Below, one piece after another: positions 35,191-44,762 of a stretch of 64,000 nt of DNA. Each line of letters begins with the position of its first letter. The first letter of the stretch is position 1. The stretch comes from Candidatus Nanosyncoccus sp. (GTDB lineage Bacteria; Patescibacteriota; Saccharimonadia; Saccharimonadales; Saccharimonadaceae): contig JAZUFO010000003.1 in assembly GCA_045640685.1 (NCBI GenBank), positions 79,947 through 143,946 on the forward strand. Reading direction: 5' to 3'. Below the pieces are notes generated by a model. That model was given only the letters and a program-made list of their open reading frames with translations, did no database searches and was not told the DNA's origin. A program made the translations under genes and the position numbers.

Positions 35191-37533
35191 TTACAACTCT
35201 CCCCAATTTTTGCCACACTTAACATCGACAGCTAGCTTAATTGCGAGTTCTGGCGCAACGCCTTCCATAGTTTCTCTTAGGATTTCCGAAACATTGTCAG
35301 CAAGTTTCTCATCACATTCAACAATTAACGAATCATGAACCTGCATTACGAGTTCGGCACCCTGAGGCAATTTCTTATCCACCATCACCATCGCGCGTTT
35401 CATCAAATCCGCTTCAGTTCCCTGAATCGGCATATTCTGCGCCGCACGTTCAGCTGCGGTCCTAATTAAGAAATTAGAAGAATTAACATCAGGAGTTGGA
35501 CGACGACGACCAAAGAATGTCTCAACATAGCCTTTCTCTCGTGCTTGCTTCAAAATTTCTTCAAGTTTTTGCTTAATTGGCGCACGGAGTTTGAAATAGT
35601 TCTCAATAAACACCTTCGCTTCGCCAACCGTCATTCCGGCAGCATCAGCAAGTCCCTTTGCGCTCATGCCGTAAAGAACACCAAAGTTAATAACCTTAGC
35701 AGCACGACGTTGCGTTTTTGTTACTTCATCAAACGGAACACCAAACGCCTCAGACGCCGTTTTGGTATGAATGTCGATTCCAGAATTAAAGTCATTAATC
35801 AAACTAGTATCGCCAGACAAAACCGCCGCAAGGCGAAGTTCAAACTGTGAATAGTCAGCAGAAACCAAAACCTTTCCTTCAGGTGCCACGAAACCTTCAC
35901 GAATACGCTTCCCTTCCTCAGTACGAACTGGTATATTCTGTAAATTTGGATTCGTCGACGACAAACGTCCCGTCGCCGTTACGTTCTGTGTAAAGGTCGT
36001 ATGAATTCTATTTTGCTTATCAGCAAGTTCCGGAATCGGAATTATATATGTCGACAGCAATTTAGATGCCTCACGATATTCCATAATTTTATGGATAATC
36101 GCATGTTCATCTTTAAGCTTATCAAGCTCCTTTGCACCAGTAGAATATCCACGCGAAGTCTTTTTAATTCCCTTTGTTGGAAGCCCCATTTTATCAAACA
36201 AAACTTCAGAAAGTTGCACCGGAGAATTAACGTTGAATTCCACCCCGGCCATCAACTGAATCTCTTGTTCATATCTAGCAACTTCTTTCGAGTATTCGTC
36301 CTTCAAATTCGCAAAATAGTCACGATCAATCAGCATGCCCTTAGTTTCCATTTTGTAGAGTACCGGAATTAATGGCAAATCAAATTGAACAAAAATCTTA
36401 TTCAATTCAGGATTGGCTTCCATCTCTGTTTTTTGGCGCCAGAATTCAGTAACAACATCCTTTTTCTCTACATCACGAGCCAAAGGATCCAACAAAAATG
36501 CTCCCTGTGAAAGATCCCAAAAAGGTGCACCCATAATAACATTAGTTGCGACTGCAACATCGGAATGCATTAACTCTTTAACATCCCACTCAACAACCAT
36601 TCCATCCGGAATCGGATCATTGCAAACCTGAACTTCAGGCTCTTTTTTAGCATTCTCCATTAATCCAAACTTACGAATTAGTGAATTAAAATTAAGCGCT
36701 TTTAATCTACTGATAATTCTCTCATTGTTCATCTCAAACACGGGCACATCTTCAAGTTTAACTGGCGCATCAAACATAATTTGCGCCAAATCTCGTGACA
36801 TATATGCAGAGTCCTTCCCTTCGATTAGTTTCTTTTGCGTTGCGCCCTTAATTTCATCAATATGTTCATAGATTCCATCCAAACTACCATACGCATTTAA
36901 AAGCCCTGCAGCGCCTTTTTCGCCAATTCCCGGCACACCAGGAATATTGTCAGAATTATCGCCCTTAAGTGCCTTCAAATCAAGGAATTGAGCCTTTTTA
37001 ATGCCATACTTAGCCTCAACCTCAGCAACATCCATTTCCTGAATTTCTGAAAAACCCTTCAAAATGCGATACATGCGAGTATTCTCATCAACAATCTGCA
37101 ACATATCAAGATCAGAAGAAACTATGAACGTTTCATATTCACAATTCCCTTCCGCATCCAAAACTTCATCAGCCTGCTTCGCCAAAGTACCAATAATATC
37201 ATCAGCCTCATATTCATCAACTTCCAAGAATCCCCAGCCAAGATCAGCAATTAACTCTTTAAGTAGCGGAATCTGCGCGTAAAAATCATCGCCAGGTTTT
37301 GCACGTCCAGCTTTATAATCTGCAAAAATTGCACGACGCTTCGCAACTGACGTTTTTGAATCCCAAGCCACAACAACCTGATACGGATTCAAGCGCTTTA
37401 CAATCTCCATTGCGATAGCTGCAAATCCATAAACACCACCAGTTGGCGTTCCGTCCGCCAAAGAAAGTGCTCCCATCGCATAATATCCGCGATAGAACAC
37501 CGATTTTCCGTCAATAATTACCAACCTTTTCAT
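35191..37533 (-). CDS. polA: DNA polymerase I (5' nuclease plus polymerase; reduced 3'-5' exo region)
   Basis: Motif A DYSQFELR, motif B RRAAKVINFGVLYGMS, motif C QVHDSLIVE, and an N-terminal FEN-like domain. Confidence 0.95.
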   Translation of the reverse strand: MKRLVIIDGKSVFYRGYYAMGALSLADGTPTGGVYGFAAIAMEIVKRLNPYQVVVAWDSKTSVAKRRAIFADYKAGRAKPGDDFYAQIPLLKELIADLGWGFLEVDEYEADDIIGTLAKQADEVLDAEGNCEYETFIVSSDLDMLQIVDENTRMYRILKGFSEIQEMDVAEVEAKYGIKKAQFLDLKALKGDNSDNIPGVPGIGEKGAAGLLNAYGSLDGIYEHIDEIKGATQKKLIEGKDSAYMSRDLAQIMFDAPVKLEDVPVFEMNNERIISRLKALNFNSLIRKFGLMENAKKEPEVQVCNDPIPDGMVVEWDVKELMHSDVAVATNVIMGAPFWDLSQGAFLLDPLARDVEKKDVVTEFWRQKTEMEANPELNKIFVQFDLPLIPVLYKMETKGMLIDRDYFANLKDEYSKEVARYEQEIQLMAGVEFNVNSPVQLSEVLFDKMGLPTKGIKKTSRGYSTGAKELDKLKDEHAIIHKIMEYREASKLLSTYIIPIPELADKQNRIHTTFTQNVTATGRLSSTNPNLQNIPVRTEEGKRIREGFVAPEGKVLVSADYSQFELRLAAVLSGDTSLINDFNSGIDIHTKTASEAFGVPFDEVTKTQRRAAKVINFGVLYGMSAKGLADAAGMTVGEAKVFIENYFKLRAPIKQKLEEILKQAREKGYVETFFGRRRPTPDVNSSNFLIRTAAERAAQNMPIQGTEADLMKRAMVMVDKKLPQGAELVMQVHDSLIVECDEKLADNVSEILRETMEGVAPELAIKLAVDVKCGKNWGEL

Positions 37534-37546
37534 ATCTATATAATAA

Positions 37547-37576
37547 CAAAAAAGAGCCCTTCTAGGGGCTCTTTTT
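37547..37576. terminator. Intrinsic terminator after pnp
   Basis: AAAAAGAGCCCT-TCTA-GGGGCTCTTTTT. Confidence 0.75.
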
Positions 37577-37585
37577 ATGGACTAA

Positions 37586-39787
37586 TTAGTCAAGATTGCG
37601 CATTGATAGTGACAAGCGACCTTTATCATCGATGGCAACTAAACGTACGCGAACTTTTTGGCCTTCTTTCAAAACGTCAGAAACGTTTTCGACGCGTTTG
37701 TCTGAAATTTGTGAAACGTGAAGCATACCATCAATACCAGGCATGATGTTTACAAATGCACCGAAGTCCTTAATTGTAACAACAGTACCTTCATAGATCT
37801 TGCCAACTTCTGGCTCCTCAGTCAAACCCTTAATCCAATCGAGAGCTTTCTTAATTTTTTCTGGATCGTTACCTGAAATTGTTACAAGACCTGAATCATC
37901 GATATCAACTTGCGCACCAGTTTCAGTGGTAATTTTGTTGATAGTTTCGCCACCTTTACCAATAACAGCGCCGATTTTCTCAGTCTTAATCATCAATTTC
38001 TCAATTTGTGGTGCATATTTTGAAATAGATTCACGTGGGCCAGGAAGAACTGAAAGCATGTGGTCCAAGATGAACATACGACCTTCATGAGATTGCTTGA
38101 TTGCCTTTTCCATAATTTCAACTGGAAGACCATGAACTTTCATGTCCATTTGAAGAGCAGTAATACCTTCAGTCGTACCAGTAACTTTGAAGTCCATATC
38201 GCCAGCAAAATCTTCCGCATCCATCAAATCAGTAAGGACATATGCCTTATCGATATCTTCAGCAACAATATCGTGACCTTTTGGAACATCTACCATGAGA
38301 CCCATGGCAACACCAGAAACAGGACGCCTCAAAGGAACACCAGCATCCATCAAAGCAAGACATGATGAACAGGTTGCAGCCATCGAAGTTGAACCGTTTT
38401 GAGACATAATCTCGGTAACGGAACGAATTGCATATGGGAAATCTTCTTCAGTAGGAAGTACTGGAGATAGTGCACGCTCAGCCAAATAACCATGGCCAAT
38501 TTCACGACGTCCAGGAGAACCCAAACGACCACATTCACCAACAGTGTATGAAGGTGCATTATAGTGGTGCATATAGCGACGTTTTCCATCGGTAACTTCC
38601 ATAGTGTCAAGCTCTTGAGCATATGACAAAGGAGCCAATGTAACAATATTCATAGCTTGGGTTAAGCCACGAGTAAAGAGTGATGAACCATGAGTACGTG
38701 GCAAAATGCCAGTTTGTGATGAAAGTGGGCGAACTTCATTAGTCTTACGACCATCAGGACGTGTTCCCTCTTCAATAATTCCACGGCGAACTTCATGGTT
38801 GCGAGCAAGTTCGAATGCTGAAGAATAATCAGCTTTCATATTTGCATCGTAATCTGCAATTTTTTCTTCGTCAGTTTCACCTTGACCAAGTTCAAGAGCA
38901 AACTCTGCGTGCATTTTTGCTTCATATTCGCCCAAGATCTCTTGACGTTCGATAACATTACCGCGAGCCTTGTGACCAAGATCTTCACGAGTCCAGTATT
39001 CGTCAACCTTACCTTGGAGCTCTTCCTTAGGAAGAAGAAGTTCATATTCTTGTGCAGGAGCATCAACAAGAGCAGCCAATTCTCTTTGAAGATCAAGAGC
39101 TGGTTGGACATTTGCAACTGCCCAGTGCATAGCTTCAATGATTGTCTCTTCTGGAACTTCATTAGCACCAGCCTCAACCATCATAATCTTGCCATCTTTA
39201 CATGCAACAACGAGGTCGAGTGGAGATTGTGCGCGTTCTTCAGGACTTAAGAATGCCTTGAATTCGCCACCGATACGACCAATACGAAGTCCAGCAACAG
39301 GACCATCAAATGGAACACCAGCATTCATCAAAGCAGCTGATGCAGCAACCATAGCTACACAGTCTGGACGGAAAGTTGGGTCCATTGAAAGAACAGTCGT
39401 AACAACCTGAACTTCTTGGCGATAACCTTTTGGAAATAGTGGGCGAATTGGACGATCAATCAAACGACCAACAAGAATTGCCTCATCTGCAGGTTTGCCT
39501 TCGCGTTTAATAAACTTTGAGCCGGAAATCTTTCCTGCTGCATAAAATTTTTCTTCGTAGTCAATAGAAAGTGGGAAGAAATCCTGAACAACAGGCTTCT
39601 TGCTTACAACTACTGATCCGAGAACAACGGTTTCGCCATAAGTCACCATAACAGATGAAGTAGTACGAAAACCGACACGGTTTACTTCGAGCTTAAGCTT
39701 GCGGCCAAGCCACTCAGTCTCAACAACCGTTGTCTTTTTACCACTTGGATTAATAATATCCACGATTTTTCCTTTCTGGGAAAACAT
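37586..39787 (-). CDS. pnp: Polynucleotide phosphorylase
   Basis: Two RNase PH domains plus KH and S1 (GKIYEGTVVTIKDFGAFVNI). Confidence 0.95.
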   Translation of the reverse strand: MFSQKGKIVDIINPSGKKTTVVETEWLGRKLKLEVNRVGFRTTSSVMVTYGETVVLGSVVVSKKPVVQDFFPLSIDYEEKFYAAGKISGSKFIKREGKPADEAILVGRLIDRPIRPLFPKGYRQEVQVVTTVLSMDPTFRPDCVAMVAASAALMNAGVPFDGPVAGLRIGRIGGEFKAFLSPEERAQSPLDLVVACKDGKIMMVEAGANEVPEETIIEAMHWAVANVQPALDLQRELAALVDAPAQEYELLLPKEELQGKVDEYWTREDLGHKARGNVIERQEILGEYEAKMHAEFALELGQGETDEEKIADYDANMKADYSSAFELARNHEVRRGIIEEGTRPDGRKTNEVRPLSSQTGILPRTHGSSLFTRGLTQAMNIVTLAPLSYAQELDTMEVTDGKRRYMHHYNAPSYTVGECGRLGSPGRREIGHGYLAERALSPVLPTEEDFPYAIRSVTEIMSQNGSTSMAATCSSCLALMDAGVPLRRPVSGVAMGLMVDVPKGHDIVAEDIDKAYVLTDLMDAEDFAGDMDFKVTGTTEGITALQMDMKVHGLPVEIMEKAIKQSHEGRMFILDHMLSVLPGPRESISKYAPQIEKLMIKTEKIGAVIGKGGETINKITTETGAQVDIDDSGLVTISGNDPEKIKKALDWIKGLTEEPEVGKIYEGTVVTIKDFGAFVNIMPGIDGMLHVSQISDKRVENVSDVLKEGQKVRVRLVAIDDKGRLSLSMRNLD

Positions 39788-39845
39788 CAGATATGAGCCC
39801 CTTTTCTCGTATCTGCCGTCTTCCCAATTGTTAATATATGTATCT

Positions 39846-39854
39846 ATTATAGCA
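39846..39854 (-). promoter_or_regulatory. Extended -10 promoter (TGCTATAAT) for pnp, ~58-nt leader
   Basis: rc of ATTATAGCA. The leader has a CAGATA/TATCTG hairpin around the AAAGGGG RBS. Confidence 0.5.
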
Positions 39855-39918
39855 TAAAAAGCCCCTCTTCCGTCTCTTCAAAATACCATATTTACCGCAT
39901 CTTTTACCCCTGTTACTA

Positions 39919-39947
39919 TTGCAAAATAAGCATAAATATGATATAAT
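39919..39947 (+). promoter_or_regulatory. Promoter TTGCAA-N14-TGA-TATAAT for the small alarmone synthetase gene
   Basis: Hexamers at 39919-39924 and 39942-39947. Confidence 0.55.
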
Positions 39948-39985
39948 TAAAAGGTTGGTCTATTTTATGAAAGCGGGGTGAAAAA

Positions 39986-40591
39986 ATGACCAAAGAAATT
40001 TATAAGCAGGTCTCTTCTGAATATAAAAAAGCGCTCAGACTTGTTGAAGCCTATCTCGAGAACCTAAATGAGATGTGTGAAGAAATCGACTCTGTCGAAA
40101 CACGAATCAAGACTCATGAAAGTCTCGAAGAAAAGTGTACCAGAAAAGGCGTCAATTCAGACGATATTAAGGAAGTCAAAAACAACATCCGCGATATCGC
40201 AGGAGCCAGAATCAATGTACAGTTCAAGGACAACGTTCCTAGAATCGTAGAATTGATTAGGAACAATATCCAAGGTATTGCCATCATGGAGGAAAAGGAT
40301 TATTTCAATAATCCAAAAAAGAACGGCTATTCAAGCTATCACTTGATAGTTAGCGTTCAGTTCAACCTCCTCGGCAAAGGCACCATTCTGGTACCAATCG
40401 AGATTCAGGTGCGAACAATGGCTCAAAACATCTGGGCAACGGCGGAACATGTTATCCGCTACAAATCCATGAATACCGAAAATGATCCAATCATTGATGA
40501 AGGGTTCATGAAAATCGCTCAATACCTAAACGAGATAGACGCAGAACTTATGCGTCTAAGAGACCACAAAAACAACAAACCCGCCGAATAA
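39986..40591 (+). CDS. Small alarmone synthetase (RelQ/RelP-type GTP pyrophosphokinase)
   Basis: Single RelA/SpoT synthetase domain: RIKTHESLEEK, IAGARINV, GYSSYHLIV, EIQVRTMAQNIWATAEH. Confidence 0.85.
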   Translation: MTKEIYKQVSSEYKKALRLVEAYLENLNEMCEEIDSVETRIKTHESLEEKCTRKGVNSDDIKEVKNNIRDIAGARINVQFKDNVPRIVELIRNNIQGIAIMEEKDYFNNPKKNGYSSYHLIVSVQFNLLGKGTILVPIEIQVRTMAQNIWATAEHVIRYKSMNTENDPIIDEGFMKIAQYLNEIDAELMRLRDHKNNKPAE

Positions 40592-40606
40592 GGCGGGTTT
40601 TTCCTT
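40578..40606 (+). terminator. Intrinsic terminator overlapping the stop codon
   Basis: AACCCGCC-GAATAA-GGCGGGTT followed by TTT. Confidence 0.7.
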
Positions 40607-40730
40607 TTCAAAAAATACTTGCTTTTTTAAAAAACTTATGCTTAAATAAAAACAGAGTAAGAGTTTTAGGTCAAACACAAAAATTTAAAAACAATATAAA
40701 AAGTTTTTAAAACAAAAGGTCATACAGAAA

Positions 40731-43127
40731 ATGCAAAACAAAAAAAGTTTTTTTGCACTAAGACGCAATTCCATACTGCACCGAACGGGTATATTCTCAT
40801 CTTTTTCCCTTCTGCTGCTTTTTACGTTCATGCTATTCCCTATTACTCATTCAAACGATCAGGCAGAAGCCACCATTAGTGAAGATTATGGCCTCGAAGT
40901 AATCGCATCGAAAAGAATAGAAAGCAGTCTCAAACCAACTTCAGAAGAAACATTATCAGTAATTAAGGACACCATTTCTGTCACGTCTGGATCGCGCATA
41001 GGATATAAATTCTATATCGCCTCAGAAACTCCAGATATGCTCCTAGAAAATGATGAGACCTCTGAAAGCAGGATTTATTCAACAGAATCAAATTTTGATG
41101 CACCAGCACCACTTTTGGTTTCCGAAGAAAAATCAGCCAAATGGGGTTTCGCCATTGCGGGATACACAGGTTTTGACAAAAACTATACCACAACCAATAG
41201 CAATCTTAAATTTGCCGCAGTACCAACAACTGAAAATCTCCAGTTAATCCACTCCGCTTCCGGGCAGGTCGCAAATGATAATATCGACATTTATTATGGC
41301 ATCATCGCAAACGACAAAACCATTTCCGGCACATACACAACCACAATCTATTACTATGTCGTTACCGACATGACAAACCAGGAAGAGCCAGAAATCATCA
41401 TCGAAAACTCACAATATACTGAAGGTTATGAAAATGCCATTATCTCGGCCCAAACAAGTTTTTATGCAGATCTAGATATTACGGAAGCAGCTGTCAAAAT
41501 AGGCGATCTTGATTGTTTAGATATTAACATTACACAACAAAAACCAACCTCTATAACCTGCTCCCTTCCAAAAGGGATCCAGGCAGGCGAATACGATCTC
41601 AGTATTACATTTAAAACGATCGCAGATGGAGTAACCTGGGCAGCCACAAAAGAAAATGCAATCAGAATAAAAATCCAACCACGCCCAATCGCAATTCAAA
41701 CAAACGACAATCATCTCGATATTTTATTTAACGACACCGAATATAGAATCGACGACAATTTTACATACGTCCTAAACAATAACGAAATAACATCACAAAT
41801 ATCTGCAATTTACACTTTTTCAGATAAAACTTCATCTCCTTGGGCACATAATACCGATATAGAAACAGTCTCCATAGAAGAAAGCTTCAAGCAATTCAAA
41901 CCAACAAGTCTCAACAGTTGGTTCCACGAAAACAAAAACGTTTCACTTATCACTGGACTTGAAAACATTGACACTTCAAATGTCACCACAATGGCTAACA
42001 CATTCTCGCAAACTGGATACGATTCCCCTTCCCTAACATTATCCGGACTAGACAATTGGGACACCTCAAATGTCACAAGTATGTCATCGCTCTTCTTCGA
42101 AACGGGGCGAAATTCAACCTCATGGGATATCGGAGATTTAAGCGCATGGAATGTTGGTAACGTTACAAACTTTTACGGCATGTTCTTTGATTCAGGCAAA
42201 AATGCATTGGAATGGAATGTTGGTAACCTAGATAATTGGGACACAAAAAACGCCACAATTATGTTTTTAATGTATTACGGTGCTGGTAGTGAATCACAAA
42301 CCTGGAATACCGGACATCTAGACAACTGGAATACCTCAAAGGTGACAGACATGACTAGTATGTTTCGCTTAGCAGCACGCCATGCATCATCATTCGATAT
42401 TGGCGATATTGGCAAATGGGATATTGGAAATGTTACATCAATTAATGCAATGTTTTACGGTTCTGGTACATATGCCGGAGTGTGGCAAATCGGCGACTTA
42501 AGTAACTGGAATGTTAGTAACATAACCAGTATGAATAGTGTATTCGCCATGAGCGGAAATAACGTCTCAACATGGAATATTGGCGACCTGAGTAAATGGG
42601 ATATGTCAAACATAACAGATCTTGGCGCAATGTTCTACATGTCAGGAACGCACGCAAACACGTTTAATATTGGCGACATTGGCAAATGGAACGTTTCCAA
42701 TGTAAAATCTCTTGCAGCTACCTTTATGTATTCTGGGCGAACTGCTACAGAATGGTATATTGGAGATTTGTCATCATGGGACGTCTCAAACGTTGTGCAA
42801 ATGGAAAACGCATTTTACGAGGCAGGCGAATTTTCACAAAATTGGGACATCGGGAATCTAGATAACTGGAATACCTCAAAAGTAACAGACATGTCTGGTA
42901 TGTTCCGCTCAGCAGGAGGTTTTTCAACATTATCATGGAATATTGGCGATATTTCCGGATGGGATACGTCAAATGTTACAAGCATGAACGATATGTTTAA
43001 AGAAGCAGGTCACTTCATCAATCACTCACAAGATCTTTCCGGATGGAATGTCGACAATGTAACAAAACATGTCGATTTCAATGCTTCAACAGAATCACAA
43101 ATCATCCCACCAATCTGGAAGCAATAA
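40731..43127 (+). CDS. BspA-type (DUF285-like) leucine-rich-repeat surface protein
   Basis: Signal anchor. The N-terminal beta-rich domain is related to ORF 43534-44070. About 13 repeats of the NWDTSNVTxMxxMF type follow. Confidence 0.8.
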   Translation: MQNKKSFFALRRNSILHRTGIFSSFSLLLLFTFMLFPITHSNDQAEATISEDYGLEVIASKRIESSLKPTSEETLSVIKDTISVTSGSRIGYKFYIASETPDMLLENDETSESRIYSTESNFDAPAPLLVSEEKSAKWGFAIAGYTGFDKNYTTTNSNLKFAAVPTTENLQLIHSASGQVANDNIDIYYGIIANDKTISGTYTTTIYYYVVTDMTNQEEPEIIIENSQYTEGYENAIISAQTSFYADLDITEAAVKIGDLDCLDINITQQKPTSITCSLPKGIQAGEYDLSITFKTIADGVTWAATKENAIRIKIQPRPIAIQTNDNHLDILFNDTEYRIDDNFTYVLNNNEITSQISAIYTFSDKTSSPWAHNTDIETVSIEESFKQFKPTSLNSWFHENKNVSLITGLENIDTSNVTTMANTFSQTGYDSPSLTLSGLDNWDTSNVTSMSSLFFETGRNSTSWDIGDLSAWNVGNVTNFYGMFFDSGKNALEWNVGNLDNWDTKNATIMFLMYYGAGSESQTWNTGHLDNWNTSKVTDMTSMFRLAARHASSFDIGDIGKWDIGNVTSINAMFYGSGTYAGVWQIGDLSNWNVSNITSMNSVFAMSGNNVSTWNIGDLSKWDMSNITDLGAMFYMSGTHANTFNIGDIGKWNVSNVKSLAATFMYSGRTATEWYIGDLSSWDVSNVVQMENAFYEAGEFSQNWDIGNLDNWNTSKVTDMSGMFRSAGGFSTLSWNIGDISGWDTSNVTSMNDMFKEAGHFINHSQDLSGWNVDNVTKHVDFNASTESQIIPPIWKQ

Positions 43128-43156
43128 CTGAGAACCCGCCAAACATCTCTAGTCAT

Positions 43157-43182
43157 TAAAAAACGCCCCGAGGGGCGTGTTA
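43157..43182. terminator. Terminator between the convergent LRR gene and rpsO
   Basis: AAAAAACGCCCC-GAG-GGGCGT hairpin. Confidence 0.65.
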
Positions 43183-43449
43183 TTATTTGCGTAAACCAAG
43201 CTTTGCGACAGTTTCTTTGTAAAGATTGAAATCAGTCTCTTCGAGGTATTTAAGCAAGCGTTTGCGTTTACCAACCATTTGCATTAAACCTCTTTTAGCC
43301 ATAAAGTCATGTTTGTTGTTCTTGACGTGCTCAGTAACTTCTTTGATACGTTCGGTCAAGATTGAAACTTGAACTTCAGGAGAACCGACGTCGTTCTTTG
43401 AACGAGCGACCTTGGCAATAGCTTTGTCTTTATTCTCTTTTGTTATCAT
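43183..43449 (-). CDS. rpsO: 30S ribosomal protein S15
   Basis: GSPEVQVSILTERIKEVTEHVKNNKHDFMAKRGL. Confidence 0.95.
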   Translation of the reverse strand: MITKENKDKAIAKVARSKNDVGSPEVQVSILTERIKEVTEHVKNNKHDFMAKRGLMQMVGKRKRLLKYLEETDFNLYKETVAKLGLRK

Positions 43450-43456
43450 GTGATGA

Positions 43457-43485
43457 ATTATACCATATCAAAGCCCTATTTACAA
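43457..43485 (-). promoter_or_regulatory. Promoter TTGTAA-N14-TGG-TATAAT, 7 nt from the rpsO ATG (leaderless layout)
   Basis: rc of TTACAA at 43480-43485 and of ATTATACCA at 43457-43465. Confidence 0.55.
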
Positions 43486-43487
43486 GA

Positions 43488-43516
43488 TAAAAAACAGCCC
43501 CCATCCGGAGGCTGCT
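43488..43516 (-). terminator. Intrinsic terminator after ORF 43534-44070
   Basis: CAGCCTCCGGATGGGGGCTG hairpin followed by a T-run on the minus strand. Confidence 0.6.
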
Positions 43517-43533
43517 TTAAATTTCAAACTAAA

Positions 43534-44070
43534 CTAGGTATTTGCAACAATTGAGAATACCAAAGTATTTGAATAGGTACCAGCGACTGCACCTGCAGCA
43601 ACTCTTGCACCCGCGACAAATGTATGAGCGGTTTGTCCAGCAGCTGAAGTTGTATAGATTGATGTAGCTGTTGTTGGGATTGCATTATAAGTTGGGTTTG
43701 AAGTTGTAGTTGCATAACCCCAACCAGTTGCTGGGAAGTTTGATGCTGTTGAAGCTGCTGTGATTGATGGAATCGTTGCGCTTGTTGCAGTTGAATTTAC
43801 CAATGCAGATGAAGCAGCGTTAGTCCTCATTGAGATTTTGTAACCCTTTGAAGAGTTTGTTGTACCAGTAACAGTAATATTACCAGTTTTGAGAGTTGTA
43901 TCACTCAAAGTTAAATTGATCGTACTTGCACTCAAAGTCAAAGAGATTGACTCTGGAACAGTGATGTTGACAGTTGCATTGCCGGAATCAGCTGCAGAAG
44001 CTGCAAGAGGCGAAGCAATGGCAGCAAGAGCCAAAGCGCCAGCAACCATTTTTGTCATTTTGTGTTTCAT
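43534..44070 (-). CDS. Secreted Thr/Ala/Ser-rich beta protein (fimbrial/WxL-like fold guess)
   Basis: Start MKHKMTKMVAGALALAAIASPLAASA (signal peptide) at 44070. The C-terminal ...AGTYSNTLVFSIVANT resembles the N-domain of the LRR protein. Confidence 0.6.
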   Translation of the reverse strand: MKHKMTKMVAGALALAAIASPLAASAADSGNATVNITVPESISLTLSASTINLTLSDTTLKTGNITVTGTTNSSKGYKISMRTNAASSALVNSTATSATIPSITAASTASNFPATGWGYATTTSNPTYNAIPTTATSIYTTSAAGQTAHTFVAGARVAAGAVAGTYSNTLVFSIVANT

Positions 44071-44133
44071 TTTATATGACCCTTTAGTTAATGTTAATTT
44101 GATTATAAGCATAAACTCGATAAAAATCAAGCA

Positions 44134-44159
44134 CAAAAAGACCCCATTTTACAGGGGTC
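44134..44159 (-). terminator. Intrinsic terminator
   Basis: GACCCC-TGTAAAAT-GGGGTC followed by TTTTTG on the minus strand. Confidence 0.6.
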
Positions 44160-44165
44160 ATTTTA

Positions 44166-44732
44166 CTAAAATTCTACCTGCTTTAATACTTCATCAACTT
44201 GCGCAGTTAATTCGTCTGTTGAACCGTTGTTTAAGACGTAATAATCAGCCGCAGCGATTGGCCCGCCTTTTTCAAGATTCTCGATTTCGGAACGATCACG
44301 TTCACGAATTGCGGCAGTATCAAACGAACGACCAGGACGTTTTGCAACACGATCGTAACGCAATTTTTTATCAACAACAACAGCGAGAAAGGTCATACAA
44401 CCAGGAAATTCATGTTTCAAAGTCTTATACTCAGTCCAAGAATAAACACCATCAAGCACGATACGTTTTTGACCGGCAGAAATAAGATCACGAGTTTCAG
44501 CAATAACCTGGCGAACAACCCAATCCTTCCCTTCCGTTTCACGAATCATCTCGCGGAATTGTTTTTCGGATTCACCGTCCTCCGTGCGTTCAATGCCACG
44601 TTTTTCCATTTCTTTATAAATCATTCCGCCAAAATAAATTTTCGGATATCCTTTTTCGGTCAAGTGATCGACAACTACAGACTTTCCAGAACCGCTCATG
44701 CCGACAATAGCTATAATCTTAACATTTTCCAT
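44166..44732 (-). CDS. P-loop nucleotide kinase (UPF0200 / dephospho-CoA-kinase-like)
   Basis: IIAIVGMSGSGKS P-loop, LDGVYSWTEY, RERDRSEIENL. Start trimmed to ATG 44732. Confidence 0.55.
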   Translation of the reverse strand: MENVKIIAIVGMSGSGKSVVVDHLTEKGYPKIYFGGMIYKEMEKRGIERTEDGESEKQFREMIRETEGKDWVVRQVIAETRDLISAGQKRIVLDGVYSWTEYKTLKHEFPGCMTFLAVVVDKKLRYDRVAKRPGRSFDTAAIRERDRSEIENLEKGGPIAAADYYVLNNGSTDELTAQVDEVLKQVEF

Positions 44733-44747
44733 ATCTAGAGTATAACA

Positions 44748-44756
44748 TGATATAAT
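44748..44756 (+). promoter_or_regulatory. Extended -10 (TGATATAAT) 6 nt upstream of ATG 44763 (leaderless layout)
   Basis: Read directly from the sequence. Confidence 0.55.
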
Positions 44757-44762
44757 ACCAGC

